Source of the DNA: a cyanobacterium endosymbiont of Rhopalodia gibba | GTDB lineage: Bacteria > Cyanobacteriota > Cyanobacteriia > Cyanobacteriales > Microcystaceae | Assembly (NCBI GenBank): GCA_045159875.1 | Contig: CP067995.1 | Location: forward strand, 2,112,001 to 2,176,000 | Direction: 5' to 3' | Length of the DNA stretch: 64,000 nucleotides | Part shown: positions 35,321-47,125 of the stretch, piece by piece | Position numbering within the stretch: the stretch's first letter is position 1 | Layout of the letters: every line of letters starts with the position of its first letter | Made by a program: the position numbers and the translations under genes | The notes under the pieces: generated by a model | What the model was told of the DNA's origin: nothing | Seen by the model: the letters and a program-made list of their open reading frames with translations, nothing else | Database searches by the model: none

Positions 35321-36166
35321 ATGAGTCGAATTTATAAAACCACAGGGATTATCTTAAAAAGAACACCTTTCGGGGAGGCTGATTATTTAGTAAAAATTCT
35401 TTCACCAGAATTCGGTTTAATTCAGGCAGTGGTTCCAGAGGCGAGGAAATATACATCAAAACTAGGCGGACGTAGCCAGTTATTTGTGACTAATGATTTG
35501 TTAATAGTCAAAGGACGATCACTTGATCGAATCATCCAAGCCGACACCTTAAAATCTTACCCAAGATTAGGTGGGAATTTAGGTAAATTGGCTGCTAGTC
35601 AATATTTAGCTGAATTGGTATCATCTATAGCCTTAGATAAACAACCTCAAAGGGAACTTTACGAACTCCTCAACGAACATTTACATCGCCTCGAAGAAAT
35701 CTCATCTGGTCAAAGTTTATATAGTCATTTAGCCCAAGCGGTGTTCCATGTATTGACAATCGCGGGAATTAGTCCTCAAGTTCACACTTGTTGTTTGACT
35801 AGTGAAACGTTATCAGCCAACTTTAGTAATCCTCATTGGCGAGTAGGATTTAGTTTTGAACAAGGAGGTTTGATCAAATTAGCAAGTCCTGAATCTTCCT
35901 TGTCAACTCAACAAGAATCCTCTGAAATTCCCCGGCTTTTAATTAATCAACAACTAAATGCTGTAGAACTAAGTCTTTTGCAACAATTAGTTCATCCTTA
36001 TCTTCCGCAGCCACGAAAAATCTTACCTCCAGAGTATCTCAATGATTTTCTATCCTTAGCTTGGGCTCACATCGAAAATCTGTTACGTAATTATGCTCAA
36101 TATCACTTAGGGAAATCTTTTCGGTCAGCCAATCTCAACGGTACTTTATCTCCTTTAGAGTTTTAA
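35321..36166 (+). CDS. recO: DNA repair protein RecO
   Basis: [18 protein letters not shown]-terminus; deoC-recO synteny. Confidence 0.92.
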   Translation: MSRIYKTTGIILKRTPFGEADYLVKILSPEFGLIQAVVPEARKYTSKLGGRSQLFVTNDLLIVKGRSLDRIIQADTLKSYPRLGGNLGKLAASQYLAELVSSIALDKQPQRELYELLNEHLHRLEEISSGQSLYSHLAQAVFHVLTIAGISPQVHTCCLTSETLSANFSNPHWRVGFSFEQGGLIKLASPESSLSTQQESSEIPRLLINQQLNAVELSLLQQLVHPYLPQPRKILPPEYLNDFLSLAWAHIENLLRNYAQYHLGKSFRSANLNGTLSPLEF

Positions 36167-36293
36167 GGTTTAATAGAACTGTGTGATTAACTGCAAAATT
36201 AATTGCTATCCTCGCAATCAAGTCAAGCAAAACCCTTATTTTTAAGCCTTAACCTATGTCATTTTCTCCCCCTAAGATTTCTCACCTAATTCT

Positions 36294-37688
36294 ATGGATC
36301 GCCAATCTACTCCCTCTAAGCCACCAATGAGTCAGGGGTTTGGCCCTATTCTGCAGAACCCGCGGTTTTTAACCCTTTGGGTTGGACAAATTTTCTCTCA
36401 ATTGGCTGACAAAGTTTATCTGGTTTTGATGATTGCCTTAATTGCTGGTCACTTTCAAGGAGACAATCAACCTATTAGTGGTTGGGTATCAGCGATTATG
36501 ATTGCTTTTACTATTCCGGCGGTTTTGTTCGGTTCCTTTGCTGGGGTTTATATAGATCGGTGGTCAAAAAAAGGGGTGTTAGTTATCTCTAATTTTGTAC
36601 GAGGAGTATTAGTTTTTGTCATTCCTCCCCTAATCTGGTTATCCCAAGATAAAACCTTAGCATTACCTGTCTCTTGGCTTCCCGTCTGGTTACGACAGTG
36701 GCAATTCCAAGTTCAAGATAACTTTTTTATTCCTTTGGGATTTTTATTTATACTAACGTTAACTTTTGTAGATTCAACTATTACCCAGTTTTTTGCTCCA
36801 GCAGAACAAGTTACTATTCCCCTGATTGTTGAACGCCGTCATCTGCTTTCGGCTAATTCTCTTTTCACTACTACCATGATGGCTACGACTATTATCGGGT
36901 TTGCCATTGGAGATCCTTTATTAGAATTGGCTGCAACGTTAGCTAAATTCGTGGGATTATCTTGGGAACTCGGTAAATCTTTAGTTGTTGCCTTATCTTA
37001 TCTGTTAGCGGGTTTTGTTTTAATTTTTTTAAGGACAGGAGAAAAACGAGAACACTACGAAAAAGAACGTCCCCATATATTTGAAGATATTCGAGATGGT
37101 CTTCATTATCTCAATAATAATCATCGAGTTCGCAACGCTTTAATTCAACTGGTAATTCTTTTTTGTATTTTTGCAGCCTTGTCGGTATTAGCTGTTAGGA
37201 TGGCTGAAACTATTCCAGGGTTAAAAGCTGAACAATTCGGCTTTTTATTGGCTTTTGGAGGCTTAGGAATGGCTTTTGGAGCAGGTATTTTAGGTAACTG
37301 GGGTCAACATTTTAGTAAAAATCGATTAGGATTGTGGGGATCGTTGGGAATGGCAGTTTCCTTGGTGGGATTATCTTTGTCTATAGACAATCTATGGTTA
37401 ACGCTGTTGATGACCACATTTTTAGGATTATTTGCAGCTTTTGTCGGAGTTCCGATGCAAACAATGATTCAATCAGAAACGCCTGTTGACATGAGGGGTA
37501 AGGTGTTTGGTTTACAAAATAATGCAGTTAATATTGCTTTGTCTTTACCTTTAGCTTTAGCTGGTATTGCAGAAACTTTAGTAGGCTTGAAACCTGTCTT
37601 ACTTGCTTTAGCTGGATTAGCAGTCGCAGGGGGAATTCTCACAGGGAATACAGGAAAAAATAGATCTGGTAATCAAAGATCAGAGTAA
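36294..37688 (+). CDS. Major facilitator superfamily transporter
   Basis: FLTLWVGQIFSQLADK, AGVYIDRWSKK and MRGKVFG; many TM segments. Confidence 0.92.
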   Translation: MDRQSTPSKPPMSQGFGPILQNPRFLTLWVGQIFSQLADKVYLVLMIALIAGHFQGDNQPISGWVSAIMIAFTIPAVLFGSFAGVYIDRWSKKGVLVISNFVRGVLVFVIPPLIWLSQDKTLALPVSWLPVWLRQWQFQVQDNFFIPLGFLFILTLTFVDSTITQFFAPAEQVTIPLIVERRHLLSANSLFTTTMMATTIIGFAIGDPLLELAATLAKFVGLSWELGKSLVVALSYLLAGFVLIFLRTGEKREHYEKERPHIFEDIRDGLHYLNNNHRVRNALIQLVILFCIFAALSVLAVRMAETIPGLKAEQFGFLLAFGGLGMAFGAGILGNWGQHFSKNRLGLWGSLGMAVSLVGLSLSIDNLWLTLLMTTFLGLFAAFVGVPMQTMIQSETPVDMRGKVFGLQNNAVNIALSLPLALAGIAETLVGLKPVLLALAGLAVAGGILTGNTGKNRSGNQRSE

Positions 37689-37758
37689 TGACTAATTTTA
37701 AAGAAAAAAATAAATCATAACTTCTTTATTATATTTCTCCTTTAGTCACGGATTATCA

Positions 37759-37784
37759 GTAATTTTTTTTATAAAAAAAATTAC
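37759..37784. repeat. Perfect 26-bp palindrome
   Basis: gtaatttttttta|taaaaaaaattac. Confidence 0.8.
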
Positions 37785-38738
37785 AAAATTAATTTTAAAC
37801 TTAAGTATAGAATTATATGATATGGTCCTCCAGATCATGTATTTAGGCTATCTAATATTTCTACTTTTTTCCCCTGTCAATAGATTTTAATTCATCTACC
37901 GTTACTATTTATGAATCAAGAAACATTTTTTTAATGACTTTTTATCAGGTTTATACAAACTTATATGGCTCTTATAGACTAGCTATGATAACATCATTAT
38001 AAATAAAACTTGAAAGATATACTTTGCAAATTTTAGAGAATGCGATTCATGATAATGGTTTCGAAAGTTATTGTCTATTAATTCATCACACTGAATCTAA
38101 AAGAGTAATGATTATTTTATTTGTCTCATAAATTTAAAGTAGTAAAAAATAAGGTTAAGTATGCATTGTATCTGTCTTTAGGATAGATTCTAAATTAGAG
38201 AAAACATTAAAAGTAAAATATTATTATAATCTAACAGAGTAGATTTTACCAGAAAAAGAAAACTGAGTTTATTTCTTGTTATATAAAAAAATAATCTAGT
38301 AAAATATCGAAAAATACAAAGTTTATACGATTAAGACAGAAATCATGAAATTAAAAATAAATATTTCTAATTTCAGTTTTGAGAGCAACAATTTTAATTT
38401 ATCTTTGGAAAGTGTCGATAATAGAGCAACTAAGGAGACTGCAAAAAGCTATAAATTTTTTTATAATTACTGATTACAAAAAACTAGGGATGGAATAAAT
38501 TTATGAGCCATAAAGAAATATGAATAACTTAACACATAGTTCTGTCTAAATTAGTAATTTTTTTAACAGTTTACTAATTAAAAATCTTTTTAAAGTAAGT
38601 AAAAAAGTTATCTAATCTAGACAGAACTAACTTTAGATAATTTTGGAAAATCTTGGGACAATTAAGAATATCTAAACTAGAGATAAGAGAGGATACTTCT
38701 ATAATTAAATAGACCCTTATAAATTAAGTTATTAAAAC

Positions 38739-41700
38739 TTAATCTACCCCTTCAATTTTATCTTCAAGGTCTTCATATAATTTTTGTAACCTTTCTAAGT
38801 TTTCTGCTGAAGTTTCCTAGTAACCTCGTCCATTTACTTCTAACAAAGTAGATACTATCTTACGGAAAGAATTAGGGTTGAAATTAATCAGACGTTTACA
38901 CATTTTCTTGTCTTTAATCAAAGTTGTATTCACATTTTCATAAACCCAATTGTCTACTGCATCAGAAGTGGCAGACCATCCCATTGTATTAACTAAACGC
39001 TTAGAAAGTTCTCTAACTCCTTCATAACCATGAGATAACATTCCTTCGTACTATTTAGGGTTTAATAATTTAGTACGTGTGTCTAAAGGTACAGTTTCAG
39101 AGAGGGTACGAACTTGTACATTGGCAGTGGTTGGATCCGCAATATATGAAGCAGGTTTTTTACCATCTTCCCGTAAACTGGAGACAACTTTCGTAGGATC
39201 AGAATCAAAATAATGTGAGATATCCGTTAAACTTATTTCTGATGAATCTAAGTTTTTGAAAGTAGCATCAGCAGTTTTTAACGCAAATTCAAATATCTTG
39301 TGGTTATCTTTCATTACTCCTGGGTTATCGGAGTTAAACGCAAAACTTTTCCGATTTAAGTACATATTTCACAATTCTTTTTCTTCTTCCCAACTGCTAT
39401 TTTCTACCGCTAAGTTTATATTAGAAGAATAGGAGCCAGAAGCATTAGAAAATATACGGGTTGCTGCTTCACGGAGATTGAATCCCAGTTTATCTGCTTG
39501 CTCGAAAGCGTGTTTACGAACATAGTTTATCTCAACAGGTTCGTTCGCTTCTGCTGCCATTTTAACTGCTTGATCCAATAAATTCATTTGGTTAATAAAT
39601 AAGTTACGAAAGACACCAGAACAGTTGACTACTACATCAATACGCGGTCCTCCTAATTCTTCGAGAGGAATTAACTCTAATTTCTTAACCCTTCCTAACG
39701 CATCTGGAACAGGCTTAACTCCTACCATCCACATGATTTGTGCCAGGGATTCGCCGTAAGTTTTGATGTTGTCGATTCCCCATAACACACAGGCGATAGT
39801 TTCGGGATAATTTCCTCCGGTTTCATTTTTTTGACGTGCTAATAACTTATCTACAACTATTCTAGCGGCTCTAACTGCTTCTAAGGTAGGAATGGATTGG
39901 GGATCTAACGCATGGATGTTTTTACCTGTCGGCAAAACGTTTGGGTTACGAATAGGATCCCCTCCAGGGACAGGCAAGACATATTCCCCTTCTAATGCTT
40001 TAAGCAATCCTTCTAATTCATTATTAGCACAAAGCTTTTCTAAACAACATTTTAGATATTCAAATAAAGATTTAAACGCTTCTTGATCGACATTTTTATA
40101 TCCTAATTGATGTAAAGTTTCTACCCAAGGAACTTTTCTATTCATTTTAAGAAAACTCAGTTTAGAAACAAAAGAAATTCCTCCATCTGCATCTATTTGT
40201 GCTTTAACTAAAGAACTAACGTTTTCTAAAATACCGCGGTCACCGTCTTGATAAATTTCCTCAATATTTCGTCCTAAAGTGTTAGCAATAATACGAGGTC
40301 AAGAGATAATTTCTTCTTCTTTACGATCCAAAGAAGCAATATTGACTAAGGTTGCAATCGCTTCTTCTGCGGTGGGAGGTTTACCTAATGATGTGAAGTC
40401 CACATGGTAATAAACGGGACTCAATTTCTATCAACTTTCGATAAGTAGAACCGACAATATTATCGCGTTGTTCTGATATCATGTCTTTAGCATCGGTATT
40501 AGGTAATTTGATATCCTGATCTAAATTAACTAAGTGACATTTATCCATGATGGTGTTAACAATGGCAATTCCTCGACCCTCCTCTTTGAGGGTTGGATAA
40601 GAAGCAATTAACTCGCTCAATTCTTTTAACCCTCTGTATAACCCTGCATTCTCAGCAGGAGGAGTTAAATAAGATATGGTTTCTGCATAACTACGACGCT
40701 TAGCAATAGTTGCCTCACTAGGATTATTCGCTGCATAATAATACAGATTGGGAATCATGCCAATTAGAGTATTAGGATAACATTCTCCTGACATTCCCAT
40801 CTGTTTTCCTGGCATAAATTCCAACGATCCATGGGTTCCTAAATGTCATACTGCGTCCGCTTTCCAAACTTGGGTTAAATAGGTGTAATAAGCTGCAAAT
40901 CCATGATGGGGACTAGCAGATCTTGAAAAGAGTAACCGCATAGGATCTCCTTCATAACCAAAAGTTGGTTGAACTCCAATAAAAACGTTACCAAACTGTT
41001 TTCCGTAGATTAATAAATTCTGTCCGTCACTGTTTAAATTTCCAGGAGGAAGACCCCAGTTTTCCTCTAACCGAACTAAATAGGGAGTCAACTGTTCGTA
41101 TTGTTCAACGGACATCCGATAGGCTATATTTAACTCTGGAGAGGCATATTCTGCTTGTGCATTGTGGATCACTGATGGAAGCAGTGCTTTGGGAGAATCA
41201 GGTAGGTTTTCTACCTTGTAACCATTGCTTTTTAATGCAGTCATTACTTCATAAATAGACCCGAAGACATTCAACTATGCGGCGGTCCCTACGTTCCCCT
41301 TATCAGGGGGAAAACTAAACACAGTAATAGCCACCCTTTTCTCCCGTTTAGGGTTTTTTCCTAGATTAGCCCATTTTATCGTTCGTTGGGCGACCATTTC
41401 GATGCGATCTTGCAGTTCAATCGCTCTTCCCGTATTTGCGTCCCGTCCTGAGAGGATAATAGGTTCAATCGCGCCGTCTAATTCAGGAATAGCTATTTGT
41501 AACGCTACCTGGACAGGATGTAATCCTAGATCACTTTCTTCCCATTCTTGGGTAGTTTGAAACACAAAGGGCAACGCACACACACATATAAGGACGGTTG
41601 AGACGTTTTAATGATTCGATTGCTTTTGGATGGTCTTGACGAGCTGGACCCCCAACTAAAGCAAAACCTGTCAAAGAAACCACTGCATCGACAATAGTAA

Positions 41701-42695
41701 TTGTTTCTCCCCCTTTACTGTAATCTAAGAAATAAGCATCTACCGGTTTAGAAAAGTCTAATCCTCCTGCAAACACAGGAAGCACCCGCGCTCCCATAGC
41801 TTCTAATTCCTGTACTGTAGATAGCTACATAGTGAGCATCATCCCCAGTGACCAGATGGTTCAATAGTAGAATCAATCCAATACAGGGGGCTGAAAGGTC
41901 TTTTAGACTATCAGAAATATCGATTCTACTATTGAACCATCTTAAACAAGAAGGGACATCCTTAAACATTTCCATCGATAAAGGATGCCAAATTCCCATG
42001 TCAGGATAGACTACCGGATCCTGATAGTTAACAGTTTTATCTTCGAGAAGATCTGGATAGGAATATTTATGGGCTAACATTACCAGAAAATTTTCGAGAT
42101 TTTCCGAAGATCCCCCCAACCAATATTGGAAACTTAGCATAAAATTGCGAGTATCTTGAGCTTTTTCAACCGGAAGATACTTCAAAATTTGAGGTAAAGT
42201 CCGCAACAGTTTTAACATGGCATCTTGAAACCCTGTGCCGGAATTTTCCTTCCGCTTCCGCATAAATTGGGCGATTGCGTTCTTAGACTGTCCTAACTGG
42301 GCTATAGAAAAACTGCCTAATTTGTTTAAGCGCATTACCTGGGGCATTGAAGAGAAAATCACCACGGCATCTAAATTATCCCAATGGGGTTCCACCGCGT
42401 CTACGACTTGATCCGCTAAGTCTTCGATAAAAATTAAAGAGGCAATAAATAAATTAGTATCTGCTACTTTACGCTTAAATTCTTCATATTTTTCAGGATT
42501 TCTTAGTTATTCAATTAGATAACCACTAATTTCTATGGCTAATTTAGGGTTATTTTTATTGATTGCTTCAACGGCTGCAGAAAGAGAACTTTGATACTGT
42601 GGCTCCAAAACGACATAGACCACCTTTAACAAAGAACGACCATTAATTGCTTCTAGAACGATATGGCGAATGTTGGACTTTACACGAGTAAACAT
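38739..42695 (-). pseudogene. chlH: Magnesium chelatase subunit H, near full length but broken into 9 or more fragments
   Basis: Consecutive ORF fragments from MFTRVKS...YVVLEPQYQSSL through [63 protein letters not shown] to EDKIEGVD*. Nonsense codons at about 42507, 41275, 40846, 39369, 39051 and 38817, plus frameshifts. Confidence 0.97.
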
Positions 42696-43028
42696 CTATT
42701 ACAGTACTCCCTAATTTTTTGATGATCTAAAGGCTGTAAACTCTTAATCAGAGTTAGCAAAAAATCTTACAAAACTCTATATGTGTTTCTACCAAAAATA
42801 GCTATTATATGAGCAGTTTTTCGACTATTTAACATAATTTTTAAAGAAGCATACCATGATTTTTTACAAAAAGAAACATACTAACGATAGTAGGTTTTCT
42901 TTTTCTTGTTTATAAAAGTTAATTTTACATTCATTGGCGAATTTACTATTGACTGAATCTGCTTACATTCAGATACCATCATTGCTATAATGCTCAAAAA
43001 ACAAATTAAATGAGATTGGAGACTAATC

Positions 43029-43070
43029 ATTTAAAATAACAAGTAAAATTTTTTACTTGTTATTTTAAAT
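43029..43070. repeat. Perfect 20-bp inverted repeat (2-nt loop)
   Basis: atttaaaataacaagtaaaa-tt-ttttacttgttattttaaat. Confidence 0.9.
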
Positions 43071-43567
43071 AAAAAGATTATGTTGACTCAGCAAAATACT
43101 AAGAGTTAAAACGTATGAGGTATAATAATGATGAAGAAGGAACAGTACCATGAATTAAGAAAACGGTTAAAGTTCATCTATTAATATTTTTAGAATACTC
43201 AAGTACAACTCATCAGCTTTAGTTGATCATGATTAACTTATAGTTAGTTATTATGTCGAGTGAAAAAAATCGCTGAAATGTAAAAACTCTTAAGTGCCTC
43301 TCATAATGCTAATTTAGCCGAAAAAAGAGTTAAAAATCTAGCAAATACTCACACAGTATTTTTGACATTTGTGTTTGCAAGTCTGCGATGTGCTTAGTCT
43401 AACTTGAAAACTGTAATTTTTTTTTATTGGATTCGATCTAACTTTTTACCTACAAGTGATCACTAATAGCCATAGCATTAAGGTTAAGACAATTCATAAA
43501 AAATGATAAGATCTAATCTAGTATAAACTTCACTGCCTATTTACACACTTAAAGGAAAAGCTACTTC

Positions 43568-44875
43568 ATGATTCACGATATTTTCATGCCTGCACTCAGT
43601 TCCACCATGACCGAGGGAAAAATCGTCTCCTGGGCGAAGTCTCCAGGGGATAAAGTGAAAAAAGGAGAAACTGTTGTTGTAGTTGAATCAGATAAAGCGG
43701 ATATGGATGTAGAATCTTTTTATGAGGGTTATCTAGCCGCCATTTTGGTAGAGGCTGGACAAGAAGCCCCCGTAGGAAAAGCAATAGCCCTTGTGGCAGA
43801 GACCAAAGCAGAAATTGCTCAAGCACAGCAAAAAGATCTCTCAGGCTCAGAACAAACTCTTCAAGGAACTACCCAAACTATAGTCTCAATCTCCACTCTT
43901 GAACCAACTACCATACCAACAACAGCTTTTTCGACGAATGCTTCGAAAACCGATGAAAGTCGTGGCACTAATGGCCGCATAATTGCCTCACCACGGGCAA
44001 AGAAACTAGCTAAACAATTAGGCATTGAGCTCAAAACTATTCAGGGCAGTGGCCCCTATGGACGCATTATTGCAGAAGATGTAGAACGTACCACGGAGAA
44101 ACCCACAACTGCAACTATTACTCCTACTTCATCTTCTGCATCTTCTGCATCTCAACCGACTACCACTCCAAGTACGTCGCCGACTTCTGTACCTGTTATC
44201 TCAGGAGAAACTGTTCCCCTTACTATCCTACAAAAAGCAGTAGTACAAAATATGGTAGCGACGGTACAAGTTCCTACCTATCATGTAAGTTATACGATAA
44301 CTACCGATAGTTTAGATAAACTCTATAAGATAATTAAATCTAAAGGAGTAACTATGACGGTTTTATTAGCAAAAGCAGTGGCTGTCACTCTTCAAAAACA
44401 TCCTTTAGTTAACGCTAGTTACAGCGACCAAGGAATCCACTATAATAGGTCAGTTAACGTTGCTTTAGCAGTAGCAATGCCTGATGGGGGACTGATTACT
44501 CCTGTTCTACAAAATGTTGAGCAAATCGATATTTATTCTCTATCTCGTACTTGGAAAGATTTAGTCGAACGCGCTAGAAAGAAACAATTGCAACCCCAAG
44601 AATATAAAAACGGAACTATTACTATCTCAAATTTAGGAATGTTTGGGGTAGACTTTTTCGATGCAATTTTACCTCCAGGACAAGGAGCAATTTTAGCCGT
44701 TGGTAAATCTCGTCCCCAAATAGTAGTAACTCCAGAAGGATTCACTGGAGTAAAACGTCAGATGACAGTAAATATCACTTGTGATCATCGAGTGATTTAT
44801 GGGGCCCATGCAGCTGCGTTTTTGCAAGATTTAGCTTGGTTAATCGAAACCGATGTTCAATTACTAACGATGTGA
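43568..44875 (+). CDS. pdhC: Pyruvate dehydrogenase E2 dihydrolipoamide acetyltransferase
   Basis: Lipoyl domain MPALSSTMTEG...ESDKADM, E3-binding ASPRAKKLA, catalytic DHRVIYGA. Confidence 0.96.
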   Translation: MIHDIFMPALSSTMTEGKIVSWAKSPGDKVKKGETVVVVESDKADMDVESFYEGYLAAILVEAGQEAPVGKAIALVAETKAEIAQAQQKDLSGSEQTLQGTTQTIVSISTLEPTTIPTTAFSTNASKTDESRGTNGRIIASPRAKKLAKQLGIELKTIQGSGPYGRIIAEDVERTTEKPTTATITPTSSSASSASQPTTTPSTSPTSVPVISGETVPLTILQKAVVQNMVATVQVPTYHVSYTITTDSLDKLYKIIKSKGVTMTVLLAKAVAVTLQKHPLVNASYSDQGIHYNRSVNVALAVAMPDGGLITPVLQNVEQIDIYSLSRTWKDLVERARKKQLQPQEYKNGTITISNLGMFGVDFFDAILPPGQGAILAVGKSRPQIVVTPEGFTGVKRQMTVNITCDHRVIYGAHAAAFLQDLAWLIETDVQLLTM

Positions 44876-46249
44876 TCGGTAATTAAGGAAAATTATACTC
44901 CCCAATTTCAGTCTTTCCACAAACCTGTCAAGCTAAATCTATCAAAGTATTAGTAATAGCTATGGCTACCACCGCACTTCTCAGAATATTATTTAGTGGA
45001 AGTTTAAATTACCTATGCCGTTTGTGTTTTGTTTTTTAGGGATGGGTAATGGCTAAGGTGTTGGAATAAACTGGATTGACAAACGTTGATTACAGATCAA
45101 GTGCGACCTCTACCTACACCATAGGTACATTATCTACTGGAATAGCACTGCCCCAGCCGTTTACAACGATATATCTTTTTATAAGAACAAATTAACGTAA
45201 AGTAATCACAATTAGCAGTTTTATGGATAAACCTATGAATAATTTCATATTCGGCTTAAGAAAATTGACAGTCTTTGAACAAAGAATTCCATAATTAAAT
45301 ATTATTTCATACTAAGCTGAGATATTTAAGTTTTAATCTTAAAAGAGGTTTTGATTAACTTAGTACTAAAGACAGATAAGCCTCTGATATTCCTAGGACA
45401 AATCTCATTATATTACGAAATAGAAAGACAAAAATTTCCAAACCAAATCTTTATCTTTCTTGTGTATGATTTTAGCAAATCCGCACAAAAAATCATCAAC
45501 GATAAAAGTTTCTATGATTAACATTGTTCAGATAGTTGTCTAAAAACAACCGCACACCTTTCTTTAACAAGATGCTCTTGTGTAAAATGTTAACAATAAC
45601 CGTGTTTTTTCATTATCTCGAATATAGTTAAGGTTTCCAAAGCGCACGTTTAGCTTTTTCAGGAAAGTTTGGGATAACAAATTATAAATAGTATTACTGA
45701 TACTAAATACTAAACGTTGCCGTCAGGGGAGTCAGCTACTAAATAAAATATTCCGATTATCAAGTCTCCATAAATTGACAACAGCCCGGACCAGAAAGAG
45801 ATCATATTTAGTTAAAGTTCTGTTTACAGCTAGTATTTTTTTCAAAATTGGTAATTTCTTCAATCAGAAATAATTCTTAAAATCAAGGAAAAAAATCTAC
45901 TAAGTAGACTACGGGAGTAATAATTATTGAGTAGAAGTTCTAGGTGATTAACTGCCCAAGCTAGATATGGAAAAAACTCAGCTTTCTACACTGAAGATAC
46001 AGGTTACTAGTCCCACCAGAAAAGACTTGAGATAGCGTTGTTTCATCGTAATTTTTTATCAAAAATTATTAACACGCATCATAATTTTATTTTTTAGTAT
46101 TTAAAGAAAAATTCACTCCCCTTATTTTTTAATATATTTAGTTGTCATTTAACAATTTCAGGTCAGTTCAATACATATACAAGCGATTTATATGCAATAT
46201 TTAACATTATTTATTAATATGTAATTCCTACATTTTAAATCCTTATTTC

Positions 46250-46645
46250 TCATGCTTTCGGTGACCAATCTTTTTGTGTTGAATAACTTTGCCACTTCTG
46301 CCAAGCCGCTTTAAAGCCAATCGTAACTCGACGGGTTCCCTGTTGAACAAGACTTACTTGCCTTTGAGTCTTACTTAGAGTGAGATCGACTCTTTTGACT
46401 ATATCTGAAGCACTTTTAACTCCATTATTAAGCTCATCTGTTAATTCAGTAATTTCTAATCCGGTTAGACGAATAGATTCCATGGTAGGGGGAAGTTCTC
46501 GATTGAGAGTATCACAAAGCTTTTCTACACTACGAGCCGCTTTTATTAATTCTGTACAAGTAGGTAGAGCCATTATTAAGACTGCCGTCAAACTGACAGT
46601 CACCAAAAGTAAAGAAAGTCCAAGCCAGAAAAAAGGATCGCTCAC
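46250..46645 (-). CDS. DUF948-like membrane-anchored protein
   Basis: N-terminal TM, ARSVEKLCDTL.RELPPT.ESIRLTGLEI; adjacent to the YtxH-like gene. Confidence 0.8.
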   Translation of the reverse strand: MSDPFFWLGLSLLLVTVSLTAVLIMALPTCTELIKAARSVEKLCDTLNRELPPTMESIRLTGLEITELTDELNNGVKSASDIVKRVDLTLSKTQRQVSLVQQGTRRVTIGFKAAWQKWQSYSTQKDWSPKA

Positions 46646-46647
46646 GC

Positions 46648-47010
46648 TTATTTACCTGAAGAGGGTTTAGCAGAAGAGGATGCGGAATCCATAGTTATCT
46701 GTGACGAAAAGGTTTGAGAGTTCTCAAAATTCCCTTGACTGGCTTCGAGCCCGGCCGCTATTGTGTCCTTAAGTCGTGTCAGAGTGTCATTCCAATTCTG
46801 AAGTGCTGATTCTGATAGACGATCAGCTTGTAACTGCACTGTAGTTGATAGATCTTCAGCCATCTCTGGCAAAGCATCTGCTGATTTCTTGAGAATACGT
46901 CTTGTTTCCTTTCCCGAACGCGGAGCTATCAAAATGCCGGTCACTGTCCCCAGCAGTCCACCGATGACCATTCCGGCAGCTAAAATACCACTCTTGTTAT
47001 TGTTAGGCAT
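46648..47010 (-). CDS. YtxH-domain protein
   Basis: GG.LG.VTGILIAPRSGKETR motif. Confidence 0.88.
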   Translation of the reverse strand: MPNNNKSGILAAGMVIGGLLGTVTGILIAPRSGKETRRILKKSADALPEMAEDLSTTVQLQADRLSESALQNWNDTLTRLKDTIAAGLEASQGNFENSQTFSSQITMDSASSSAKPSSGK

Positions 47011-47125
47011 TAGTATCTGTAAAATTTTGGTAATTGTAATTTTATTCTAAAGTCAAACCTTAGGTTTTGATGAGCAATGTCATAATATTCCTAAGTAATG
47101 GTTAACATCGGGAGATTAAATCTTA

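Noticed and set aside
38817..42695. chlH fragments as separate genes or programmed frameshifting/recoding
   Set aside because: Lesions are of mixed type (TAA, TAG, TGA, indels) with missense drift, and intact genes use all stops normally; ordinary pseudogenisation explains it.
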